Below are positions 54,698-64,000 of a stretch of DNA of 64,000 nt, in pieces. Position 1 is the stretch's first letter. Every line of letters starts with the position of its first letter. This stretch comes from Endomicrobiales bacterium (lineage in GTDB: Bacteria > Elusimicrobiota > Endomicrobiia > Endomicrobiales > CAWCFT01), in NCBI GenBank assembly GCA_963794945.1, contig CAWCFT010000005.1, positions 1-64,000 on the forward strand, in the 5' to 3' direction. Below the pieces are notes generated by a model, which searched no databases, was not told where the DNA came from, and worked only from the letters and a program-made list of their open reading frames with translations. Made by a program: the position numbers and the translations under genes.

Positions 54698-55751
54698 TTA
54701 CAATTTGGAATACTTACTTATTCGTGTTCCGTTCCCAAGCGTTGTTTTACAACTTACCACAGAATTAGCTTCAACGACACAGTCTTTGCCTATTATTACT
54801 CTATCCATTCTTACACCTTCGCCGATGTGGGTGTTATCCATAATAACTGAATCCGCAATTAAGCATCCTTTACCGATCTTCACGTTGTTTCCCACGCAGA
54901 CATTGCCTTGTATTTGTACACTATCGCCGACAGCTACATTGTCTCCGCAAACCAGACGGCCTGTAAGCTCGATGTCTTTACCCCATTTCAGCTTTGTGCC
55001 TACCCAGAGATTGTCTTTAACCATCTTACCCGGCAGCTGAAAATCGATATTACAGAGCATCATATCGAAATGCGCCTGAAGATATTTTTCAATGGTCCCG
55101 AAATCCATCCAGTAGCCTTTAAATGTGTAACCGTAAATCCCCGCATTATCTCTTAATAGATTCGGAAAAAGTCCGCGTTCTACCGAATAGTTAATATTAG
55201 CTGGGATATAGCTTAGAACATCGGGTTCAAATATGTATATACCGGCATTTATGGTGTTGCATGTCACCTCGTCCCATGAAGGTTTTTCCAGAAAGCGCTC
55301 TATCCTGCCATTTTTATCCGTCTCAACTAAACCGTACACTGTAGGGTCTTTTACCCTAGTAAGGGCAATGGTAACCTTAGAGTTTTTATTTTTGTGGAAT
55401 TTGTACATTTCGCTGATGTTCACGTCCGTCAAAATGTCACCGTTAAATATTAATGTGGGAGAATCGATATACTTTTCTGCGTTTTTAACGGCGCCTCCGG
55501 TACCAAGCGGGTCTTTCTCATGCACATACTTGATCCTTAAACCATATTTTTTCCCGTCCCCGAAAAGTTTCTCAAACTCGTGTGACATATATGCGACGCA
55601 AAGAATGACATCTTTAATGCCATATTTTTTGAGCAGCCTAAACTGATACTCGAGAAAGGGCCTGTTCAATATTGGCAAAAGAGGTTTCGGAGTACTGCAA
55701 GTAAGCGGTCTAAGGCGTGCCCATTCCACCGATAAGGATCAATGCTTTCAT
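54698..55751 (-). CDS. NDP-sugar synthase (mannose-1-P guanylyltransferase-like), N-terminal frameshift
   Basis: MKALILIGG start at 55751 out of frame with RLRPLT..PKP; LGTGG, NGD, FLEKP. Confidence 0.88.
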
Positions 55752-55764
55752 TTCGTGCTCCGTT

Positions 55765-56691
55765 CTAATATATTGTGTTTCTAAAGTAATCTATCGTGAT
55801 TTTAAGCCCTTCCTTAAGAGATAAGCTTGGCTTCCAGCCGAGTACTATTTTAGCTTTTTTATTCCCAAGGAAACTATTAAGAAGTTCTCCGGGACGCGCC
55901 GGTTTATAGACCGGCTTTTTCGAGTAACCCGTGATCATTTTCATCTCATTGAATAGAGCATTTACTGACGTTGCATTCCCAGTTCCTATGTTAACGATTG
56001 TATTATCCGCTTTTTTAAGTGCCTGTACATTAGCCGAAACAACGTCACCTACAAAAACATAATCTCTACGTTGTTTTCCGTTCCCGAATATCATCAACTT
56101 ATCATTCTTTAACATCTTTTCTGAAAATATTGCCACAACTCCTGCCTCGCCATGGGGGTCCTGCCTGGGGCCATAAACGTTGGCGTACCTGAGCACGGTG
56201 TACTTCATTCCATATATCTGTGCATAAAATCTTAGATAGAACTCAACGGCATATTTAGTGATACCATAAGGCGACAATGGTCTTGCCAAAGCGGTTTCGT
56301 CAGGGGCAATAGCGGGGCACTCTCCGTAAATTGTTCCACCCGAGGAGGCAAATACTACTTTTTTTACACCGTAATCTTTTGCGCTTTCTAAAACATTAAG
56401 TGCACCGATAATGTTTATGTTTGCGTCATATTGCGGATCCTGCACCGACCTCCTGACATCTATCTGCGCAGCATGATGGCTTACAATGTTTGGCTTTACA
56501 TTTTTAAAGATAGCTCTAACTTTTTTTCTGTCTGTAATATCCGCAAGAAAGAATTTGGCTTTCTTGTTTATGTTCGCCCTTTTTCCTGAAGTCAGGTTAT
56601 CCAAAATTACAACTTTATGGCCTGAATTCACATATGCATCAACTATATTCGAACCTATAAAACCTGCGCCACCTGTTACAATAATTTTCAT
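55765..56691 (-). CDS. NAD-dependent epimerase (UDP-glucose 4-epimerase-like)
   Basis: TGGAGFIG, YGITK, RYANVYGPRQ. Confidence 0.92.
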   Translation of the reverse strand: MKIIVTGGAGFIGSNIVDAYVNSGHKVVILDNLTSGKRANINKKAKFFLADITDRKKVRAIFKNVKPNIVSHHAAQIDVRRSVQDPQYDANINIIGALNVLESAKDYGVKKVVFASSGGTIYGECPAIAPDETALARPLSPYGITKYAVEFYLRFYAQIYGMKYTVLRYANVYGPRQDPHGEAGVVAIFSEKMLKNDKLMIFGNGKQRRDYVFVGDVVSANVQALKKADNTIVNIGTGNATSVNALFNEMKMITGYSKKPVYKPARPGELLNSFLGNKKAKIVLGWKPSLSLKEGLKITIDYFRNTIY

Positions 56692-56733
56692 ATGCCTACT
56701 CCTCTTGATTTTGGTTTAAAACCTTGATGAAAC

Positions 56734-58113
56734 CTAATATGCACCTTTCTTACTGAATATCGCCGGTAATGTTCTCATTAGTATTAATAGGTCCAATCCT
56801 ACAGACCAATTCTCAATATAATATATATCCAGCTCGATCATCTCTTCATAACTCAGTGATGCTCTGCCGGATATCTGCCAGAGGCCCGTTATGCCTGGTA
56901 GTATCCTTAAACGCCTCTTTGCCCAATCATCATATGCTTTTGCTTCCCAAAGCACCTGAGGTCTTGGACCAACTATACTCATATCTCCTTTTAAAACATT
57001 TATCAGCTGAGGAATCTCATCTATACTAAACCTTCTGAGTATCTTCCCAATTTTTGTAACTCTGGGATCATTCGACATTTTGAATACTGGGCCCTTTCGT
57101 TCGCTTTTCTCTTTAAATTTTTCAAGCAGATCATCAGCATTAGTCACCATAGTCCTGAATTTATAAAAATCAAATATCTTTCCACGGTACCCCATCCGTT
57201 TATGGTGATAAAATAGTGGGCCTTTGGAGTCCATTATTATCAAAAGCATTACCAAAAGCAGGAATGGCCATATCATCGAGAGTATAACCGTCGAAATGAC
57301 CAGGTCAAGAGTCCTTTTGAAATAAAAATTGAACCCGCTAAACGACACGGACCTTAAATGAAATATTGGTATCCCAAATGAAGAGTCTATTATTACTTCC
57401 CCTTTACAAAGCTGGACCATATCGGGAACGAATTTGAGCTCAACTGATCTATTTTCACACCAGTCATAAAAATCCATCAGGTTCTGCTCGCTCCAACTGT
57501 GATGGACGAATATTACCTGACTTATATCCTTTTCCTGTATGAGCCCCTTTATCTTGTCAATTTTGTCAGTATCTGATTCAGGGAAAAAATACACTTGCAG
57601 GTTAGGCTGCTTTCTAAGTACGGACTTTAACATCTTATTGCCCTGGCCAATGATCAATACATTTTCCCTTTTTAGTATACTGCGGAGCAATATTCTCGCT
57701 GCCAGCTTAAACACTTCCCTGCAAAACATTATTAGAAATATCAGGAACAACCAGAATAGCAGGAAGGTTAGCCTGGAATATGACACTTCCCTATAAAAAA
57801 AAGTAGTCATTACGATAAAGAAGATACCGATCGTGACGGCTTTCACCACGCGTACGAGCTCATCAAGAAAAGGGATGAAATAAGTTTTATAGAAACCATT
57901 CTGGTAAAAAACGAAAACAAGAAGCGGTATAATATATAGCAGCGCCCCAAGATAGAACTGTTCCGACGGCACGCCTTTTGTTACAGGGAATATATCTGTA
58001 AAGGATGTAAAGAACCGTGTATTATAAGCCAAATATAACGCAATACAAATTGATAATACGTCAAAAAACAATAAAAACAATTTTAAAATAACTCTTGATT
58101 TTTTAAATTTCAT
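56734..58113 (-). CDS. Polyprenyl glycosylphosphotransferase (WcaJ/WbaP-type)
   Basis: KFRTM, DPRVT, IDEIPQL, GPRP, PGITGLWQ. Confidence 0.95.
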   Translation of the reverse strand: MKFKKSRVILKLFLLFFDVLSICIALYLAYNTRFFTSFTDIFPVTKGVPSEQFYLGALLYIIPLLVFVFYQNGFYKTYFIPFLDELVRVVKAVTIGIFFIVMTTFFYREVSYSRLTFLLFWLFLIFLIMFCREVFKLAARILLRSILKRENVLIIGQGNKMLKSVLRKQPNLQVYFFPESDTDKIDKIKGLIQEKDISQVIFVHHSWSEQNLMDFYDWCENRSVELKFVPDMVQLCKGEVIIDSSFGIPIFHLRSVSFSGFNFYFKRTLDLVISTVILSMIWPFLLLVMLLIIMDSKGPLFYHHKRMGYRGKIFDFYKFRTMVTNADDLLEKFKEKSERKGPVFKMSNDPRVTKIGKILRRFSIDEIPQLINVLKGDMSIVGPRPQVLWEAKAYDDWAKRRLRILPGITGLWQISGRASLSYEEMIELDIYYIENWSVGLDLLILMRTLPAIFSKKGAY

Positions 58114-58209
58114 AGATTAGATTACGGTTTCCGCGCCTTTTATATGTACAGCTTATGTATTAATGCTTCTTAATATCTAACTCACATTGAGTTAATAATA
58201 TTACATTTT

Positions 58210-60051
58210 TCATGAAGAAAATGCAACTTCTTTGACGTTTTTTAGGACATCTTCTACCATAACTGCTTCCATGCACTTGTTATCCTCACACCCATATTCA
58301 AAACCGAGATACAAGCACGGACTGCAACTCATGGCAGACCTGACTACCCTGCACTTGTCGCCTCTCGGTCCCCATTTTGCCGGGTCCGTTGGGCCATGGA
58401 TGGCGACCACCGGCCTATGCAGCGCGCAAGCCAGATGCATAATCCCGGTGTTGCCGCACACTACCGCTTTTGCTTTTGATATCACTGCAGCAACTGTTAG
58501 AATATCGCACGGAGGAAGCAGCTTGGCGTCAGGACCAATAGCTGAGACTATTTTTATATTGGAACTAAGCTCGCTTTTTGTACCTGTTACAAGTACTTTA
58601 AAACGATAATCACGTGTTAATTTCTTTCCAAGCTCGATATATTTCGCAGCAGGCCAATGCCTCTGCGCCCCGTGCTTAGGTGTTTCCGGATGCATAACAA
58701 TAAAAGGTTCATTATCATCCATGTATATCATCTTAAACAGATCTTTTGCCCGCTGGTTTGCTTCTTCTGTGATGTTAAACTCAAGCCTATTATCGGCGGC
58801 TGATATCCCGAGAAGAGTCAGCAATTCAAGAAACGTGTCAACCTCATGCTTAGTTCTGCTATGGACAGCATATGAAGAATAATTATAGTGCCTGTACTGG
58901 CCCTCTGTCTTGAAACCTATTCTCGCACTTACTCCGCTCAGGACTGCAAGCAGTGGAGATAGCCTCAACCACTGATCGAAATCGATCGCGATGTCATAAA
59001 GCTTTTTGTCGAAAACTGAAAATAATGATAGCGGATTAGACGCTATTTTTTTTATGTCACACAGAATTATTTTGTCAACGTACTGACAGTTCTTGAATAT
59101 TTCTCTATTTATTGACGTACACAGGACAGTAATTACAGCTTCAGGATATCTTCGTTTTAAGGCCCTTATTGAGGGTACGAGCAGTATCGAATCCCCCATT
59201 GCGGAAAGCTTAATTACGAGAATTTCATTAAGTCTGGCTGGAATTTCTTTTTGTTTTTTTATGACCAGTCCGGATAACCAAACAGCCGGCACCCCAATAT
59301 AGCGGTCAATCAACTTAAACAGATTATTTCCCCTGCCGCTGTTATTTTCGCTACCGAACCTTAACCTCAGCGCAAGGAACACAGCTTCAAATATTATCCT
59401 TTTTGATATCTTTGACACCCCCGCTACCCTGTCAACAAATGTTATAGGCAGCTCTTTAAAAGTGAACCCTTTATTAAGAGCGATATATTTAAGCTCTAAC
59501 AGGAATGAATAACCCTCTGATTTTATCTTTGAATTCAAGAATGTTTCAACAAGCGATCTACTTAAACCCATAAAACCGCTAGTGCAGTCATTGATTGGCA
59601 TACCTACTACCGTTCTAGCATAAGCATTCCCGATACGGCTAAGCAATTTTCTATTTAAAGGCCAGCCTTCCACGCCGCCTCCTTGAATGTATCGAGAACC
59701 TATGCTAATGTCGAATTCATCTAGTTGCTTATCAAGTTCTGGTAAGTATTTAGGCTGATGCGAAAAGTTTGAGTCCATCATAAACACCCTTTCGTAACCT
59801 TTTTCTACTGCCCATTTAAAACCCAGCATATATGCTGACCCAAGGCCTAGCTTCCCTTCTCTTGAGATAAGTGCAACCCTGGTATTATTTCTGTACCTAT
59901 TTTTTACAGTTATAGCAGTGCCGTCTGGTGAATTGTCATCGATAACCAGAATATCATATTCCGGTTTTAGCATGAGCAGTTCATCGACCAGCTTTTCAAT
60001 GTTCTGGTTTTCGTTATATGTGGGAAGGATAACAAGCCTTTTGACACTCAT
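58210..60051 (-). CDS. GT2 (DPM1-like) + GT9 (heptosyltransferase-like) fusion
   Basis: PTYNE, DDNSPDGT, GLGSAY; then SAMGDSIL, NTGIMHLA, HGPT, CSPC. Confidence 0.88.
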   Translation of the reverse strand: MSVKRLVILPTYNENQNIEKLVDELLMLKPEYDILVIDDNSPDGTAITVKNRYRNNTRVALISREGKLGLGSAYMLGFKWAVEKGYERVFMMDSNFSHQPKYLPELDKQLDEFDISIGSRYIQGGGVEGWPLNRKLLSRIGNAYARTVVGMPINDCTSGFMGLSRSLVETFLNSKIKSEGYSFLLELKYIALNKGFTFKELPITFVDRVAGVSKISKRIIFEAVFLALRLRFGSENNSGRGNNLFKLIDRYIGVPAVWLSGLVIKKQKEIPARLNEILVIKLSAMGDSILLVPSIRALKRRYPEAVITVLCTSINREIFKNCQYVDKIILCDIKKIASNPLSLFSVFDKKLYDIAIDFDQWLRLSPLLAVLSGVSARIGFKTEGQYRHYNYSSYAVHSRTKHEVDTFLELLTLLGISAADNRLEFNITEEANQRAKDLFKMIYMDDNEPFIVMHPETPKHGAQRHWPAAKYIELGKKLTRDYRFKVLVTGTKSELSSNIKIVSAIGPDAKLLPPCDILTVAAVISKAKAVVCGNTGIMHLACALHRPVVAIHGPTDPAKWGPRGDKCRVVRSAMSCSPCLYLGFEYGCEDNKCMEAVMVEDVLKNVKEVAFSS

Positions 60052-61226
60052 TATTTGATACCGTTAATTATAGTACTCATCTCTTCTATCCTGGTTTCCC
60101 AAGTAAATTTCTTTGCAGCCGCTATCCTTTCTTCCCGCAATGCTGAGTCATTTTCTTTCAAAGCTTTTTCTACGTTGTTTTCGAACTCTTCGTTGTCTTT
60201 AGAAAAATATGCAAGTCTGCTGAATTCCTCGAGTGCCGCCAGCTTTGTTGATACTACAGGTTTCCCAGAAGCCAGATATTCAAAAAATTTCATCGGGAAC
60301 ATATTCCTGGTATATTCGTTGATCTTGTTCGGCAGAAGGCATACGTCAAACCCTTTTATATATCCCGGAAGATCTTCATATCTCTTTCCACCCATAAGAT
60401 GGATATTTTTTTTAGCAGCAATACCGGATATGTCAGCCGCTTTTTCACCTTCACCTGTTGCCCCTATCATGATTATAGACCACTCGGGATGCCGTGACGC
60501 CAGATATTCAATCAGATCAAAGTCAAGCTTGTACCCGCTTACCGCGCCGATAAAACCGAGCCTGGGCATATTTATTTTCGATATTTCCGGATTCACCTCA
60601 GTTCTGCTATCCGAGGCCTTGCTGAAAAGGTCATAATCTGCGACGTTAGGCATATAATATACAGAACTTGAAAATCTTTTTTTTTCTACAAATAGCGACA
60701 TCGCCGTGACAAATGTGATATCAGCTCGCCGTATATATTCCTCCTCCATCTTTTTAACTACTTCACCCGGGATCCTCGGGTTGGCCGACAGCTCATCCAC
60801 GCAATGATATACACTCAGCTTCTCGTTCCATACACCTAGAAATTCCACAGCATTAGGCACATAGCTCCAGATGATAGGGTCACTAAATTTCAGCTTTGCA
60901 ACAACATATTTTAGCTGTAATGAAAGAAAAATATGGTTAAATATCCTTACAAGAAGGAACTTATGAAAAGGAAGCACGAGGGGCGAGAATACAAACAGTG
61001 TACCGGATACATTTCTTACTCCCCCCAACCATTTACCTATACGTTTGAATATCCGGCTTAAGTCCTTCTTCTGTAAAGCGGGCTGGCGCAAACCTAGAGA
61101 TTCAATAAAAAGTACCCTGTTCTGCTTGGAGAACCGCTCCATTAAATGGTGTTGGTTAGTCTTGTACGGGTTATCCCACTCGGCAAAACCGAAACAAATA
61201 ATATTATTATTGTAGATCATGTTCAA
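60051..61226 (-). CDS. Glycosyltransferase, GT4 (TuaH-like)
   Basis: YHCVDE, PNVAD, PMKFFEYLASGKPVV. Confidence 0.9.
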   Translation of the reverse strand: MNMIYNNNIICFGFAEWDNPYKTNQHHLMERFSKQNRVLFIESLGLRQPALQKKDLSRIFKRIGKWLGGVRNVSGTLFVFSPLVLPFHKFLLVRIFNHIFLSLQLKYVVAKLKFSDPIIWSYVPNAVEFLGVWNEKLSVYHCVDELSANPRIPGEVVKKMEEEYIRRADITFVTAMSLFVEKKRFSSSVYYMPNVADYDLFSKASDSRTEVNPEISKINMPRLGFIGAVSGYKLDFDLIEYLASRHPEWSIIMIGATGEGEKAADISGIAAKKNIHLMGGKRYEDLPGYIKGFDVCLLPNKINEYTRNMFPMKFFEYLASGKPVVSTKLAALEEFSRLAYFSKDNEEFENNVEKALKENDSALREERIAAAKKFTWETRIEEMSTIINGIK

Positions 61227-61231
61227 TGATA

Positions 61232-62342
61232 TTAGTAATTATTCAAAGCGTCTGCAACAGTTTGAATCTCATCTGCTGTCAGTTCCGGGAACATAGGCAA
61301 TGAAAGTATGTGTTCCGCGCAGTTTTCAGATACTATGTACCGGCCTTTCTTTAAATTCAGGTCACTGTATGCTTCCTGCAGATGCACAGGCACAGGGTAA
61401 TGGATAAGCGTTTGTATACCTTTTTCTTTGAGATAATCCGACAGTTCATTTCTTTTCTCTGTTTGTATTACATAAAGGTGGTAAACATGCTTGCGGTCAG
61501 GTGCTTCTTTGGGCTTCGATATTTTTTTATTCGTGATAAGTTCATCGTACAGCTGCGCGTTCTTCCTGCGGTCATTGTTCCATTTATCAAGGTATTTCAG
61601 CTTAACCCTCAGTACTGCCGCCTGTATCTCGTCCAACCTGGAATTAAACCCTTTTATCTTGTGATAATACCTCTTTTCCTGGCCGCCGTTCCTGAGCATC
61701 TTTAGTTTTTCAGAACATCGCAGCATCATTTGTTGTGATCATACCTCCGTCTCCATAACAACCAAGGTTCTTACTGGGGTAAAAGCTGAAAGTGCCAAAA
61801 TCGCCGATACTTCCGGCTTTCCTGCCCTTAAATTCGGCGCCATGAGCCTGACAGGCATCTTCTATAACCGTTATTTTATTTTTTTTTGCTAAAGCCATTA
61901 TCGCGTCCATATCAGCGCATTGCCCGTAAAGATGCACAGGTATTATAGCCTTGGTATTCTTTGTGATAGCTTTTTCGATGTTCTTTACGTCCATAAGACA
62001 GTGTTCGCTATCAACATCGACAAAAACCGGTTTTGCTCCGGAGAATGTTATAGCGGATATAGTAAACACCGCAGTATTGGGCACAGTTATTACTTCATCG
62101 CCGGGGCCGACACCGGCGGCGACAAGAGCAATATGGATCGCTTCGGTACCAGAACCCACGCTAATAGCGTGTTTAGTATTAATATAAGAAGCGAACTCTT
62201 TTTCAAAACTGTCATCCTGCTTTCCAAGGATAAACCAGCTTTCTTTGAATACGGCAGATATCGCCGCATCTATCTCTGTCCTTATGGAATCATATTGCCG
62301 CTTGATATCCGAAATAGGTATCATGTTTAATCCTTCTACCAA
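61232..62342 (-). CDS. DegT/DnrJ/EryC1/StrS aminotransferase (frameshift near 61715)
   Basis: PVHLYGQ, EDACQAHG, SFYPSKNLG; NSRLDEIQA in the second ORF. Confidence 0.92.
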
Positions 62343-63322
62343 TAATTATTTTTGTGTTTTCTATAATATTCGAAAGTCTTTTTTAATCCATCTTCTATGC
62401 TTATTTTAGGCGACCATCCGGTCGCACCGCTAAACTTCGAATGATCAGCCACATAATCTCCTATCTCTATCTGCTTTGATTCTTTTGGGAATGGCACTGT
62501 CTCATAAAGGCCGCCGTTAACTTTTATCATCAATTTAACTATGTCTGTAAGGTTTATTGGAATACCACCTATATTGTAAACATGCCCATTCGTTTTTTCG
62601 TCCGACATGGCCACAAGCATAGCCTCTACAACATCGTCAACATAATTTGTATCCCTTATCTGCTTGCCGTCACCAAATATTTTAACTTTGGTCCCATCGA
62701 TGATCTGCCGGACAAACCAATTTATTATGCCCTGCCTATGATGTTTCATCTGATGCCTAGGACCATATGTGTTAGTCAAACGAAGCGAACAGCTCCTTAT
62801 CCCATAGACGTTGTTGTAAAGTATGTGATACCACTCGCCCGCCATGTTATTGATACCATTAACATCAGTTGGGTGCATCAGGTGCTTTTCGTCCACGGGA
62901 AGGTAATCAGCTTTGCCGTACTGCCCCCTTGTTCCTGCAAACAATATCTTAACGGAAGGGTTGTATTTCCTACATGACTCAAGTATTGAAAGCTGGGCAA
63001 CGCAGTTTATTTCGAGATCCGTAAATGGGTCTTTCATGCTATCCGTATGGCTCAATGTTCCGGCGAGGTTAAATATGCAGTCTTTGTTCTGCACAAGGTA
63101 GTTCATGCTTGAACGGTCGCGAACATCGGAAATATTTACTTTAACCTTATTTTCTATGCCATTAATATTATAAAGGTTGCCACCGTATTCAGGGAACAGA
63201 GAGTCAATAAGGGTGATCTCGCAACCCATTTCGACAAGCCTATAGGCGAGCGTACTGCCAATAAACCCGAGCCCGCCCGTAATTAGTACCTTTTTCCCCT
63301 CGTAGAACTCCGCATAGTTCAT
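62336..63322 (-). CDS. NAD-dependent epimerase/dehydratase
   Basis: TGGLGFIG, RLTNTYGP; NGINN at the usual YxxxK position. Confidence 0.9.
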   Translation of the reverse strand: MNYAEFYEGKKVLITGGLGFIGSTLAYRLVEMGCEITLIDSLFPEYGGNLYNINGIENKVKVNISDVRDRSSMNYLVQNKDCIFNLAGTLSHTDSMKDPFTDLEINCVAQLSILESCRKYNPSVKILFAGTRGQYGKADYLPVDEKHLMHPTDVNGINNMAGEWYHILYNNVYGIRSCSLRLTNTYGPRHQMKHHRQGIINWFVRQIIDGTKVKIFGDGKQIRDTNYVDDVVEAMLVAMSDEKTNGHVYNIGGIPINLTDIVKLMIKVNGGLYETVPFPKESKQIEIGDYVADHSKFSGATGWSPKISIEDGLKKTFEYYRKHKNNYW

Positions 63323-64000
63323 TGCTTTTTCTCCAGAACACTTTTATAGACATCTATCGTGTTTTTCGCCATACTACGCAGGCTGAATTTTTCTTCAACA
63401 GCTTTTCTCGCTGAAAGTCCTATTTCCTTCTGTAGTCTTTCATCAAGCAGCAGCTTGATAATTATTGATTTAAGCTCAGGCAAGTTGTTCCTTTCATATA
63501 TATAACCGGTCTTGCCGTTATCAATCACCGTAAACACAGAACGCACATCAGATGACACAACCGGTTTAGCACAAGACATTGATTGAGGGATCGTAAGGTC
63601 ATATCCGTTCTCTCTAATCGTAGAATTCACAAAAACCCTTGCGCAGCTCAGCACCTCAGGGAGGTCTCTGTACTCGATTCTACCGAGAAAAATAACCTTG
63701 TCTTTAAGGCCAAGTTTTTTTGTAAGCCTTTCAAGCTCACTTTTATACTCTCCATTGCCGCCAATGAGCAATTTTGCGGCGGGCACTTTCTCTAATATAT
63801 CCGGCAGAACTGATATTAGGTTCTGAACGCCTTTCTCCTTCTTAAGCCTTGCTATAGCGACTATGGCCTTATCTCCTGATTTTAGCTTATACTTCTCCAT
63901 TATTACATCATTCAAGGGATTCGGCACGAACAGCTCATCATCGATCCCGTTATAAACAAGCTTTAGTTTATCCGGCTCTATTCCGTAATACTTTCTGATG
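63319..64000 (-). CDS. GT4 glycosyltransferase (5' part outside window)
   Basis: ARLKKEKG, ENGYDLTIPQSMSCAKPVV; frame continues to the window edge. Confidence 0.88.
   Translation of the reverse strand, partial: IRKYYGIEPDKLKLVYNGIDDELFVPNPLNDVIMEKYKLKSGDKAIVAIARLKKEKGVQNLISVLPDILEKVPAAKLLIGGNGEYKSELERLTKKLGLKDKVIFLGRIEYRDLPEVLSCARVFVNSTIRENGYDLTIPQSMSCAKPVVSSDVRSVFTVIDNGKTGYIYERNNLPELKSIIIKLLLDERLQKEIGLSARKAVEEKFSLRSMAKNTIDVYKSVLEKKQ

Overview
Bacterial chromosomal window, mostly minus-strand genes. The gene content (SprA-like protein, PorV-like barrels, TIGR03545/03546 pair, LptFG) suggests a diderm such as Elusimicrobiota; this is inference only. 1-6.3 kb: the AT-rich end of a defence island (vsr, C5 methyltransferase, restriction endonuclease, ABC-ATPase/TOPRIM), a mosaic junction of duplicated gene ends with a tRNA-like 3' fragment, and a Fic gene. 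6.3-18.4 kb: small accessory genes with palindromic repeats, LemA/TPM/M23 genes, and a cupin/GH94 phosphorylase/phosphomutase operon. 18.5-28.7 kb: an envelope cluster (FecR, two 7-repeat beta-propeller proteins sharing a T9SS-like C-terminal domain, a PorV-CsgG fusion, a TlpA-metallophosphoesterase fusion, a DUF1573-glutaredoxin-CcdA fusion, two lipoproteins). 28.8-53.6 kb: TIGR03545/6, gph, glgP, tRNA-Gly, tRNA-Leu, secG, pgk, gap, comF, a ~1800 aa SprA-like gene, an intact IS4 element upstream of lptFG, a TraF-like barrel with a lipoprotein, ahcY and metK. 53.6-64 kb: a surface polysaccharide cluster. Many conserved genes carry single-base frameshifts, probably assembly errors. The best candidates for undescribed systems are the T9SS-like export plus thiol-redox cluster and the RM operon with an ATPase-TOPRIM gene. 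All family calls come from motif recognition; no searches were run.
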